Part shown: positions 52,492 to 64,000 of the stretch, one piece after another
Layout of the letters: each line of letters begins with the position of its first letter
How positions within the stretch are numbered: position 1 is the first letter of the stretch
Assembly (NCBI GenBank): GCA_951406725.2
Contig: OX597814.1
Span: forward strand, 164,052,001 to 164,116,000
DNA length: 64,000 nucleotides
Reading direction: 5' to 3'
From: Octopus vulgaris
Taxonomy: Eukaryota
Made by a program: the position numbers and the translations under genes
The notes under the pieces: generated by a model
Database searches by the model: none
What the model saw: only the letters and a program-made list of their open reading frames with translations
Told to the model about the DNA's origin: nothing

Positions 52492-52871
52492 CATACATTG
52501 ACACGTTCACACAATTAAAAAGGGAAAAAAATGAAACTATATAAAGAATAAAAAATGTTAAGACATATGGAAAGCTTGTGCAGAAACATAGTAAAAATGC
52601 GGATTCTATCTGTGATCTTGGGGTAGAGGTGGGGCCAAAACCATAACAGGTATTATGTCACATGTGGACATGATCCCAAAAGTTTAGTTCTTGAATTTAG
52701 AATATATATATATATATATATATATATAAACACGTGTTTGAAAAGATAATCAAAAGTGTTCACACACACTAGAAGCTTACAATTAAGAATCTACATCTTT
52801 TTTTTTAAATCTTATTTTAAAACTGTATCAAGTAATTTTCATAAAGACTCTTATATATGTGTGTGTGTGTA

Positions 52872-52918
<47 letters not shown>

Positions 52919-53126
52919 TAAATTCAAGAACTAAACTTTTGGGATCATGTCCACATGTGACATAATACCTGATATGGTTTTGGCCCCACCTCTACCCCAA
53001 GATCACAGATAGAATCCGCATTTTTACTATGTTTCTGCACAAGCTTTCCATATGTCTTAACATTTTTTATTCTTTATATAGTTTCATTTTTTTCCCTTTT
53101 TAATTGTGTGAACGTGTTAATGTATG
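52492..53126. repeat. Near-perfect inverted duplication (arms ~210 bp unique plus TA tract, spacer ~150 bp)
   Basis: 52492-52727 is the reverse complement of about 52891-53126; I see 2 mismatches in the unique part. Confidence 0.95.
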
Positions 53127-53151
53127 AGTATATGTATGTATATATTTTTTA

Positions 53152-53770
53152 TAGCTTCCGTTACCTAGGTAACCAAGTCATTAGCAAGAGTGGATGCTCT
53201 GAAAGTGTAGCTGCTAGAATAAGAATAACCTGGGCAAAGTTCAGAGAGTTCCTATCTCTGCTGGGGACAAAGGGCCTCTTGCTCAAAGTAAAAGGTAGAC
53301 TGTATGACACCTGTGCAAACAGCCATGCTACATGACAGAGAAACATAGACTGTGACTGCTGAGGACATGTGTAAGCTTGCAAGGAATGAAGCCAGTATGC
53401 TCCATTGGATGTGTAATGTCAGTGTACATACACGACAGAGTGTAAGCTCCCTGAGAGAAAAGTTGGACTTAGGAAGCATCAGATGTGGTGTGCAAGAGAG
53501 ACGACTGCACTGGTATGGTCAAATGTGAAGAAGTGTTGCACCCAAGCAGTTGAGGGAACCTGTGGAAGAGATAGACCCAGGAAGACCTGGGATGAGGTGG
53601 TGACGCACGACCTTTGAACATTGGGCCTCACTGAGGCAATGACAAGTAACCAAGACCTTTGGAAATATTCTGTGATTGAGAAGACCCAGCAAGCCAAGCG
53701 AGGCCATAACTGTGGCTTATGCCAGTGCTGCATAACCAGCCCATTTAAGAGTACCCTTCACTCATTGGAT
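53152..53770 (+). mobile_element. RTE LINE ORF 3' fragment
   Basis: SFRYLG.....GCSESVAARIRITWAKFREFLSLLGTKGLLLKVKGRLYDTC ... LREKLDLGSIRCGVQERRLHWYG ... RPRKTWDEVV. Confidence 0.85.
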
Positions 53771-53962
53771 AATAAACTTTTATTCAACAGTTTTTCGTAG
53801 CTTCTATTGCCATTAATAGCTGATGAGAATGCATCATAGCTCTTCACTCTGACATTCAAAACTCCAAGCACTATAATGACAACTTACTGATTGTCCTAAA
53901 TTATACATATATAAATAATCCTCTATTTACCTAATATCAAGGTCTCATTCTCTTGTTGTCAC

Positions 53963-53997
<35 letters not shown>

Positions 53998-54025
53998 CAC
54001 ACACGCACACACTCACACATACACA

Positions 54026-56399
54026 CTAGCAATGCATCCTGGCATTGCCTTGGTATTATGACCTACAGCCACATTGTATTTCCTTTTTTAAGGGCAGAAT
54101 TTCATGTTCCTTTCTTATGGACAGAATCAGCACAGCTGATATATAGAGAACTGGATTACTGGTGTAATGCAAGTTATTGTTTGTTTAAAAGTCAACAGGG
54201 GAGGGTACAATTTCCATGGGTTTGCATGAAAGTGCTTTCTCTTCTTAAGAAGGATCACAAAGTATATATTGTTTCATTGTATAAAACAGGTTTAATACGA
54301 TTTTGTCCAGAAATCACATTTTCAAAATTTTAATTCCCCCACTTCCCAGCCTGTCCCCACTGCAATTTCTTAATTTGTAACTTTAAAAAAAATATTTATC
54401 TTTTTTATCCATGTCAGAAAATACAGAGATTATGAGTCTGAGAAATATATATTTATTTATAAAGTTTAATTTTTCTTAAACAAACACCCAATGTCCCTTC
54501 CCCTACTTCACCCAACCATCACCTACCCACTTTCAAAAAGTGAAAGCTCCACAATGTTTCATTTTCGTCTGATGTTTCATGCATGTGTAAAATTATACTG
54601 ACATAGCTGATATAAAAAAACACCAGACCACCACCAGAAAACCCAACATGCTAGAAACAATAGGTAAACAACATTATTTCTGAAGAAATTTCCCTGCTTT
54701 CCAAAAAGCTAAAAGTGAAACATTGGGAGTTTGTAGCTTTTTGAAAGTGATGAGGTCATGGGTGGATGTTTGGGAAGGAGATTTTTGTGTTTCTTTAAGA
54801 AAAAAAGAAGAAGAAAACTCTTAAAGATTTGTACTCTCTCTTCTTTTTTTCCATGATTACCAAGAAAAAAAATTTGGTAAAAAGTACAGATGTAGAAATT
54901 GGGGTGGGGAGAGAGAAAATTAAAATATTGAGAACATGATTTTTGACCGAAATCCTAATTTCCTGTATTGAAAACATAGGAATCAGAAGAAATTTAGGAA
55001 AAAAATAACTGGGGAGCTCAAATGTCACCTTGGACTTGCTAGAAACAACAGGTAAAGGACAAGATTTCTGGGAAAACTTCTATTTAAGTTTATATCAAAG
55101 ATCAGGTATTTAAATATGCTCAACACAAGGACAAATTACAGTATAGAAAAAGGTCATTTCAATTGGATTTGAGCTGTAATTTTGCATGTGCACTCAGCAA
55201 GAAATAACATGATTCATACAGAAGTTTTACCTAGAGTGTGTGTGTGTGTGTGTGTGTATGTGTGTGCCAAAGGAAGTTATTTTATGGCTTTCTTTTGTTT
55301 GAAACAGCAAAGTTGTCAATTCGATCATATGGTCAATCACACGGGACCATATGATTGTTCGTAAATTTCTGTGATTTTTTTTTAAATTTCTTTATGCTTT
55401 GAAGGAAGCAGAAATTGAAAGGGAGGAAAAAGTGAAAAGACAACATTTGCTTTGAAGTGAGAGCAAAAAGTGAAAGATAGGAGGAAGTGAGAGATGTATG
55501 TAGGTGTATATGAAATGGACGTGCATGCAAGTGAGAGAGCGAGTGAGTGAGTGAAGGTGTGTTGTCATGTACGTATTATTTTGCATGTATGTGTGACACT
55601 CACTCATGCTCTCTCTCTCTCACACACACACACTAACATTATATTTCATATACACATACATAAAGATATATGAATACATCCTTTTTGTTTGTATGTGAGC
55701 ATGTGAGAGTGAGAGGGAGTGACTTCATTTCCTCATAACGTACAGAAAAATTGATGTCTTTTAATGTAATTGTTTTTGGTTGTAGCTTATTTTAATACAA
55801 TATTTATGCGTACATTTTCCTAAATGTTTGTCTGAGTAGAATTCTACACGTGTGAAACATCAGATGAAAGTGAAACCACAAAATTGTGCAACCCAATTGC
55901 ATTTCCTAGGTTATTTTAGTAGTAAAGAGAGTTATTGTGTCAAAAGCATAGTTTATTTGGTAGCCTTTATATTGGGTGATCCCATAAATAATGCAGTTTT
56001 TGTATACTTCTTTTATTTTGCAAAATTAAGATAAGGTTCCTTTTTAATCTAAAATATACTCGCCTTCATTTTCTACAATGCTCTTCCATCTATCTGGTAG
56101 ACTTCCAAAATTCATTTGTTCATGACAAAAAATATTCCTCCAGTACTGTTCTGACCTCGTCTACAGAATTCATATTTTTGCCATCCAAATGATTTTGAAG
56201 ACAGCAGAATAAATGACAATCAGATGGGGCAATGTCCAGCAAATGTGGTGGGTGGGGCATCGTTTCCTATTCAAACTGCTCCAGCCTTTGGAATGTCATC
56301 TTTGCTGTATGTGACCGAACATTATCCTGATGGAAGAACACCTTTGTTTTTCTTCTAGTACTGACTTGAATGACTGGTTGAATGGCCAAATCCAAGCTT
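54026..56399 (-). mobile_element. Non-autonomous Helitron (copy 1, 3' part) with the mariner 3' half
   Basis: Minus-strand 3' end CCAAGGCAATGCCAGG-ATGCATTG-CTAG|T at 54026. 54026-55070 is collinear with 61923-62800 and is followed by the same mariner derivative. Confidence 0.75.
55972..56399 (-). mobile_element. Mariner (D34D) internal-deletion derivative, 3' TIR plus transposase C-terminus
   Basis: TA|TTGGGTGATCCCATAAATAATGCAGTTTTT TIR. Translation VFFHQDNVRSHTAKMTFQRLEQFE*ETMPHPPHLLDIAPSDCHLF...LPDRWKSIVENEGEYILD* has 34 residues between the two catalytic D. Confidence 0.9.
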
Positions 56400-57879
56400 A
56401 TTTACAACTATCATACAATGAAGATTAGCAAACTCAAACATTCACACATATGTATGTGTGTGTACATACAGTGGGCTTCTTTGAGTTTCTGTCTACCAAA
56501 TTTACTCACAAGGCATTAGGAGGCCTAAGGCTAGAGTAGAAGACTACTGCCTAAGATGCCTCATAGTGAGGTAACAAATTGAACTGTATATCCATACAAC
56601 CATTCCTGTGGCTATGTGTTTCTATGTATGCTGAGAGTGTGTTTTAGCTTCAGCATGAAAATGTCTCAAGTAGAAGCTCCTTACTACAGAATGATGCAGG
56701 CATTTCAAAACAAGCTCAACAGTTATAAAGTTAGTGTGGTACTATTTAAGTGGGGAGTAGGGAATGAAGTTCATGAACTAGATTCAAATCTTTGTTGAAG
56801 CTTATGTAAAATCACGTCTTTACACTGCTATTACTCATACAATTTTTTCCTTACATATAAAAGTATGACACTTTTCATTGCAATTGGTGAATTTTAAAAT
56901 AAAGCTTGAATGGTGTGAAAATTGTCCTAGAATTGTAGGTTCAAGGGTAAATCTAGATTTGACAATGAAATATTTGAGGATAATGAGATAGAACAGTGAA
57001 AGGAGTGGGTGTATGAGTACAATAATGTTGCAGTTTTCCTTTATGTATACAAACTCATTAACAGATATCTTCACCACCATCCACTTTAATATTTGAAAAT
57101 ATTATAGACTGAGTATTAAAATTTGCTTGGAAGAAAATAGTTTTGTTATTCATTTAATTTCAATTTGGGAGTTAATGTAATAGTTTTAATGCAAATTTTC
57201 ATATTATCCAAAATAAACTAATGTCATATCGATAAATTAAATGGGCCTTCAGTTTAATTCTCATTGAGTTATAAATGTTTTGTAGAAATGTTATTTCCGT
57301 TTGACACATTAATTCATTATAGGTAGATTTCCTGTCTGGAAAGAGAACTTGTGTCTTGATAAATGCATTTCGTCCATTGTTTGTAGAAGTTGGCAAGTAG
57401 AAGACTGTCTAGTCAGGGTAAACCTTCCCTCTCCCCTTTCTTTCCTTATCAAACTCTCTATTAGCATCTTCCTTCCTTTTTTTTTTTTGTCTCCATCTCT
57501 CACTTTTCTCCTATTTGCTCTTCCTTTCAATTCCTTCTTCTACTTCTCCATCACTCTTCTTCTCACACACATACACAGTATTGTTAGTTTGAACAAAAAC
57601 TAGAAAACCCAATACTATGTAAAGAGCAAAAGAAATAAGAAAAAAATGTATACTCATTAACTGTTGATTGGCAGAAACTAAGTTTCATACTGTAAGCTGG
57701 CTGTGGTTCACACCCAAAGCATGTGTTACCAATTTATCAGTATTGCCAAGTTTTATTCAACCAGAACAATGCTAGTAATTGACAGTAGTAACCAGCATAA
57801 TTCGCAAAATTTTGATGAGTAGTTAGTTGCTTCCCATTTTCCTTGTAAGTGGATTTGGCTGACATAAACTAAAAGAAGT

Positions 57880-58703
57880 CCTGCGCTGCTATGGTCATGT
57901 GGCGAGAATGGATGAGTATAGCTGTGTGAAAAAGTGCCACACCCTAGTGGTTGAGGGAACCTGTGGAAGAGGTAGACCCAGGAAGACCTGGGATGAGGTG
58001 GTGAAGCACAACCTTCAAGCATTGGGCCTCACTGAGGCAATGACTAGTGACTGAAACCTTTGGAAATATGCTGTGCATGAGAAGACCTGGCAATCCAAGT
58101 GAGACCATAACATCGTGACCTATGCCAGGGGTGTAACCAACCCACTTACGTGCACTTTCCTTCACTGGACACTAAACTCTGCTTGTGAAGACCTGTTGAG
58201 GCAAGTGAAATCAAAATCGAAATCAAATTCGATGACTGGCAACCGCGCTAGTGGAGCGCTAAGAGCACCATCCGAGCATGATTGTTACCAGAGCAGCTGA
58301 CTGGCTTCCATGGCGGTAGCACATAAAAAGCACCATTCGAGTGTGATCATTATCAGTGTCGCCTTACTGGCTCCTGTGCTGGTGTTACATGAAAAAACAT
58401 TTGAGCGAGGTTGTTGCTAGTGCCGCTGGACTGGCTCCTGTGCAGGTGGCACGTAAAAAACCCTATTTGAGCGTGGTCGTTGCCAGTACCGCCTGACCAG
58501 CCCTCATGCCGGTGGCATGTAGGCATGTAAAGGCACCCACTACACTTTCAGAGTGGTTGGCATTAAGAAGGGCATCGAGCTGTAGAAACTCTGCCAGATC
58601 AAGATTGGAGCCTGGTGCAGCCATCTGGTTCGCCAGTCCTCAGTCAAATCGTCCAACCCATGCTAGCATGGAAAGTGGACATTAAACGATGATGATGATG
58701 ATG
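57880..58703 (+). mobile_element. Relatively young RTE LINE 3' end with 3' UTR repeat array and (GAT)n tail
   Basis: YGHVARMDEYSCVKKC..VEGTCGRGRPRKTWDEVV; CpG-retaining UTR; ends GGACATTAAACGATGATGATG. Confidence 0.85.
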
Positions 58704-59088
58704 CACCAACTTACTATAAAAGCTGGTAGTAATGTTATCTTTGTCCTTATTCTTAGTGCAAGTTATGAAGAGTGCAGTACGATTTTAAGTTATTTTTTCA
58801 AAGCTATAATGGAAGTGACAAAGGAGCATTTTAGCATATTTTAAATTATAAGTTCAGTAAAGGCAACAACACAATGGAAAGTGTGAGGAATATTAATGCA
58901 GTATATGGGGATCATACAGTAAGCATAAGCCAGTGTCAAGAGTGGTTCCAGAAATTCTGAGCTGGAAACTACTACAGCCTAGAAGATGAGCCTTGTCCTG
59001 AAAGAGCTGTAGAACTCCACAAGGGTGTCCTGTAAACCTTGGTGGAACAAAATCCCATCATAACTGTTGAGGAACTAGCAGAGAAGCT
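58704..59088 (+). mobile_element. Mariner 5' UTR plus transposase N-terminus (HTH), inverted relative to the other pieces
   Basis: Reverse-complement match to about 63061-63507; decayed MEVTKEH..YKFSKGNN...CQEWFQKF...SLEDEP...LVEQNPIITVEELAEK. Confidence 0.85.
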
Positions 59089-59952
59089 ATATCACACTCA
59101 TAGTGTTAGAGAACATTGCTGTAAATGGCTGTCTCCATCATATTTGAGATACTGGAAATGTGTGATATAGAATAATAATTGGAATGGTTTGAGGAGTTGG
59201 TTTTCTTGAGAATGAGATACACCGTTATATGTTTCTAAAGATCAGCATGCATGCTTATAGAGTGAGAGAGTGAAGTGTTTGGTAAGTATAAGGGCAAGTT
59301 CTTGGGTGCAATGCTTGACAATAAGGGGCATTGTCAGAATCAGTGGCCTTGATGATTTGAAGTAACCAGAGTTATTTTTTCATTTGGTGTGTGTGTGTGT
59401 GCATGCGCACGCACAAGGTTGGGGGCTTGTATGTGTATATATGCAAACTTGAGGGGCAGAGGAAGATAGATTTGGAAGAGGTTAGCCAAGTGTATAGAGG
59501 GAAGATCAATGCAAAGCAAACACAAAAGTGGGCTTTCTCCACAGAGAAACTGTTCACACAATATCATTATTCAGAAGAAGAAAAGAGGATTCTGCACAGT
59601 TGATAGAGATTCTTTTAGCAAGAGGCAAGAAGGATCACAGACAGTTTGAGAGAAAAGATAGCTTAAGAACTGTGCAAAATATGAAAACATCTTTCAGTTA
59701 GATTGTGGTCTTGCAAGAGTTGTGTTGCCCAGTTTTAGGAAATGGATGCTTCCTGACGCATTATAGGTCTTGTTTTTTTTCTTGACCAGCTACAGTGTGG
59801 TCTTGAGTGAGGCACTTGGTGACTTGAGGTATTAAGAGCAATAAGTTTTTGATGTGTGGGACATGCCTATTTTCAGATCACTTGTCTAGCTGCTTCTCAT
59901 GGGTCAGAAGCATACGTGCTACCAGGAATAGCTGGCATAAAGTTGATGCATG

Positions 59953-60340
59953 TTACTCTTTTACTTGTTTCAGTCATTTGACTGCAGCCATGCTGGAGCA
60001 CCGCCTTTAGTTGAGCAAATTGACTCCAGGACTTATTCTTTGGAAGCCTAGTACTTATTCTATCAGTCCCTTTTGCCGAACGGCTAAGTTACAGGGACGT
60101 TAACACACCAGCATCGGTTGTCAAGCAATGTTGGGGGGACAGGCACACAAACATACACACACATATACATATACATATATACGACGGGCTTCTTTCAGTT
60201 TCTGTCTACCAAATCCACTCACAAGGCTTTGGTTGGCCCGAGGCTATAGTAGAAGACACTTTCCCAAGGTGTCACACAGTGGGACTGAACCCGGAACCAT
60301 GTGGTTGGTAACCAGGCTACTTACCACACAGCCACTCCAT
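59953..60340 (-). mobile_element. tRNA-derived CORE-like SINE
   Basis: Reverse complement of the 30117-30552 family. Confidence 0.85.
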
Positions 60341-61787
60341 GTTAGATAATTGCAATGAGAGAATGGTTAGATGACCCGAAGATACAGAGACAAATATTGT
60401 TTGGTAGTAATTAAATTTCAAAGGTAGAAAGAGCTCAAGAGTATTTGGGGTCTCTATGTGTCAGTCTGGTGTGCGAGTAGAAGGTGAAGCAAGTTGACAT
60501 AGTGAGTTGAGAAGTACACGAGTTTCAACTTCTGCACAAGCAACACTGGTATGGAATGACAGTAGGAGTAAAGTTCAGTTGTAAGCACTAATATTACCAA
60601 AGATGAGAGAAGGGATATATATATATATCTTTTATAAAGAAGGAGAAGGAGATATAGTCAATGAGTAGCTTGCTCAGGAGTTCAGAGTGGTAGAAGAAAT
60701 AGATGTATTTGGGTAAATGAGGGAGGGAGACTTTAAGCCACAGTAACAGGAAAGTTATTGTTGCTGAAATCCAAGTGAGAGAGGCAACTGATAGTGAGGG
60801 TAGAGTCTACGTATGCACAGACACCACTTTCAGAGCAAAGTTTGAATAGAGAATGTAGCTTACAGAGTGGAAATGGATTGTACATATGGGTTGAGAAATG
60901 TGTATTGGAGAGAAAAGGATGTGATGTTTGCACATAAGAGGTGATGCACAGGATCTGGGCAACAATGATGTCCACAAATACTAAAGAGTGGAGAAAATTC
61001 ATCAGAAATTTCTTTCTTTTAAAGGGTGACGGTGCACTGAAAGGTAGCAGTAGCCCTCCTGCTAGAAATATAGTTCACAAAAGGTAGCCAGCTATAGACC
61101 AGGTGATAGAGTTAAACTGGGTGACATGATGTGCATACCACCCAAAAATGAGAAAATTAAGAGGACCCTCTATGTTAAATATAAAGACTGATATACTTTT
61201 TACCATAGATTTGCTTTATTATGATCTCAGCAAAGTATAGCTTTTGCATACTTACCAAAACTGGTGAGAGAATCACTAGGTAAATATTCAAGATTGTGCA
61301 TTGGTTGGCACAGGCAAATAAAATCTTTTATCAAATAAGATGTCTCAAATGTTGGGTGGAGATGAAGAAAGAAACATTCTCAGTAATCACAAGCAGAAAT
61401 AGTTATTAAAACTCTGCCTGTTTTTCACATAGGTTTAATCTATTATCAAGCACTAATGTGCATTTTATTCCTTGGCATTTGTTTTATTGATATTAGCACT
61501 GGAAATATATTCCATATATTCCACAAAATGTCCTCTGTATGGGGATCAAAACAGAAGATGTGTCCAAGAACATCAAGAAATATGGTGTTCATAATTTCAG
61601 CAATACTTGTTTTAGCTTAAATGAAAATAACAGTAAAAAAATAGTTTATCCTAACCCTAAAGAAGGGAATTAATCATTTCCATCTAAACAAATAACTTCC
61701 CTTCTTACAAGAAAAAAGTAATAACTTTATATAATAAAGGAGTTTTTTTTTCAATTGATTATCGTTATTTATTTATAGAATACTTAC

Positions 61788-61868
61788 ATTTGAGCTTTTA
61801 GAGCAAATTTTATAATATCCTCTTTTGTTCGATCTCCTCTATGAGTATATATGTCTTCACCTTTAACA
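61788..61868 (-). CDS. TMX3: TMX3-like PDI, internal exon A (end of catalytic thioredoxin domain): xVKGEDIYTHRGDRTKEDIIKFALKAQ(M)
   Basis: Minus strand reads tttatctgttttcag|exon|gtaagt; 81 nt, phase 2 to 2. Peptide aligns by recall with human TMX3 LLKGDLAYNYRGPRTKDDIIEFAHRVS. Splices in frame to the exon at 46160. Confidence 0.88.
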
Positions 61869-61922
61869 CTGAAAACAGATAAAGAAATGAATATTATCAA
61901 AAGATCACAAATTTAGCACAGA

Positions 61923-63622
61923 CGAGCAATGCATCCCGGCATTGCCTGGGTATTATGACTTACAGCCACATTGTATTATCTCTTCCTTTCATACGCGTAG
62001 AATCAGTACAGATGATAGACAGTGAACTGGATTACTGGCATAATGGAAGTTATTGTTTGTTTAAAAGTGAAGGAGGGAGGGTACAATTTCCATGGGTTTG
62101 CATGAAAGTGCTTTCTCTTCTTAAGAAGGACCACAAACTATGTATTGTTTCATCACATAAAAGGGGGTTAATACAATTTTGCCCAGAAATCACGTTTTCA
62201 AAATACATACTTTTTTTAACGCTTAATTTTTCTTAAACAAATACTCAATGCCCCTTCCCCCACCTCACCCACCCATCACCTACCCACTTTCAAAAAGCAA
62301 AAGCCCCCAATGTTTCACTTTCGTCTGATGTTTCACACATGTGTAAAATTATACTGAAATAGCTGATATAAAAACTACCAGACCACCACCAGAAAACCCA
62401 ACATGCTAGAAACAATAGGTAAACAACATTATTTCTGAAGAAACTTCCCTGCTTTCCAAAAAGCTAAAAGTAAAACGTTGGGAGTTTGTAGCTTTTTGAA
62501 AGTGATGAGGTCATGGGTGGATGTTTGGGAAGGAGATTTTTGTGTTTCTCTAAGATTTGTACTCTCTCTTCTTTTTTTCCATGATTACCACGAAAAAAAA
62601 TTTGGAAAAAAGGTAATAATGTAGAAATTGGACTGGGAAGGGAGAAAATTAAAATATTGAGAACATGTTTTTCAGTGAAATCCTAATATCCTGTATTGAA
62701 AATATAGGAATTGGAAGAAATCTAGGAAAGAAAAATCAGGTGGGAGTGCAAATGTCACCTTGGACTTGCTAGAAACAACAGATAAAGGACAGGATTTCTG
62801 GATTTCTACAAAATTCATACTTTTGCCTTCCAAATGATTTTGGAGACTGCAGAATAATGATAATCAGATGGAACAATGTCCAGCAAATATGGTGGGTGGG
62901 GCATTGTTTCCCATTCAAACTGCTCCAGCCTTTGGAATGTCATCCTCGCTGTATGAGGCCGTACATTATCCTGATGGAAGAACACCTTTCATCTTGAAAC
63001 TAAAGATGGTTGTTTTTCTTCTAGTACTGATTTGAATGACTGGTTGAATGGCTAAATCCAAGCTTCTCTGCTAGTTCCTCACCAGTTATGATGGGATTTT
63101 GTTCCACCAGTGTTTGCAGGACGTCAAGCTTTACAGATCTTTCAGGATGAAGCTTGTCTTCTAGGCTGTAGTTTCCAGCTCAGAATTTCTGGAACCACTC
63201 TTGACACTGGCTCACACTTATTGTCCAATCTCATATACTGCATCAATATTCCTAGCACTTTCAGTTGCATTGTTGCCTTTACTGAACTCATAATGCAAAA
63301 TATGCCAATGTAAATGTTTGGTGGGTTGGAAGAAATGCTAGAGCAGTTGACTGAACTCATAATGCAAAATATGCCAAAATGCTCCTCTGTCACTTCTATT
63401 ATAGCTTTGAAAAAATAACTGTTAAAATCAAACTGCACTCTTCAAAACTTGCACTAAGAATAAGGACAAAGGTAAGATTACTACCTGCTTTTATAGCAAA
63501 TTGGTGTGGGTAGTTTATCCTGTCTCCTTCCAATTTTGAGTTCATGCAATTGAAAAAACTGCATTACTTATGGGATGACCCAATATATAAATCATAAGCA
63601 GCTTTCTTTATTATAGTACAGA
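61923..63622 (-). mobile_element. Non-autonomous Helitron (copy 2, both ends present) carrying a deleted mariner
   Basis: Minus strand A|TCTGTACTATAATAAAG ... CCCAGGCAATGCCGGG hairpin then ATGCATTGCTCG|T (CTAG variant); no TSD. Homology with copy 1 stops exactly at the 3' terminus. Confidence 0.75.
62805..63583 (-). mobile_element. Mariner internal-deletion derivative, 5' TIR to near the C-terminus, inside Helitron copy 2
   Basis: TA|TTGGGTCATCCCATAAGTAATGCAGTTTTT TIR at 63583. The N-terminal HTH joins almost directly to the HQDN...PHPP region, with the same central deletion as 55972-56399. Confidence 0.88.
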
Positions 63623-64000
63623 TGTGACTAATTCAGAGAAGCATTACTTTCATTATTCACACATCATCACTCTCATAATGCAACACTAATTTTGGTTCAA
63701 ATTGAAAGAGTGAAACTATTTTCACTTTCTAATGAAAACTGGTCATTGTAGAGCAGTGTCTTTCAAATAACTAAAAACTGATTGTTGAGATAACATAGAA
63801 AATATGTAAATGAAAACAAAGTTTATTTGGTAACCGAAAGATACTGAATCTTTTGATACCCTATACATCAAAATCAGCAACTCAATTTTCGAATGCATAA
63901 GAAACAAATGCACACACACATATATACAAACTCTCTGTTATATATATAGATTAGAAATGGCTATTAAACACACCACAGTTTAAATATTTTACATTTAGGT

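Noticed and set aside
61248-61262. ATACTTACC (U1 snRNA 5' end, or perfect minus-strand donor)
   Set aside because: No further U1 sequence follows and no credible exon lies upstream.
54026-63065. Simple segmental tandem duplication as the explanation for the 54 kb and 62 kb similarity
   Set aside because: Similarity ends exactly at a hairpin-CTAG terminus and the adjacent TMX3 exon is not duplicated, favouring element copies (not fully excluded).

Overview
AT-rich, microsatellite- and SINE-dense eukaryotic DNA. The repeat families look like those of a coleoid cephalopod, most likely Octopus (inference). Almost all ORFs in the supplied track are spurious microsatellite or repeat read-throughs. 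I read two real protein-coding signals. (1) Five minus-strand exons with GT-AG boundaries splice in frame into the middle of a TMX3-like transmembrane protein disulfide-isomerase; its 5' and 3' exons were not found in the window. (2) A plus-strand terminal exon encodes a complete fibrinogen-related domain (FReD) and apparently lies antisense inside a >31 kb TMX3 intron. The introns hold many mobile elements: a full-length but decayed Tc1-type transposon with DD36E spacing, two copies of a non-autonomous Helitron carrying a deleted mariner, other Helitrons, TTAA (piggyBac-type) MITEs, RTE LINE remnants and several tRNA-derived SINEs. There is also a Penelope-like fragment with a minimal hammerhead-ribozyme fold and a near-perfect ~230 bp fold-back duplication attached to a retro-insertion. 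Homology calls are from memory, not database searches, and repeat boundaries are approximate unless a target-site duplication (TSD) or terminal inverted repeat (TIR) is quoted.
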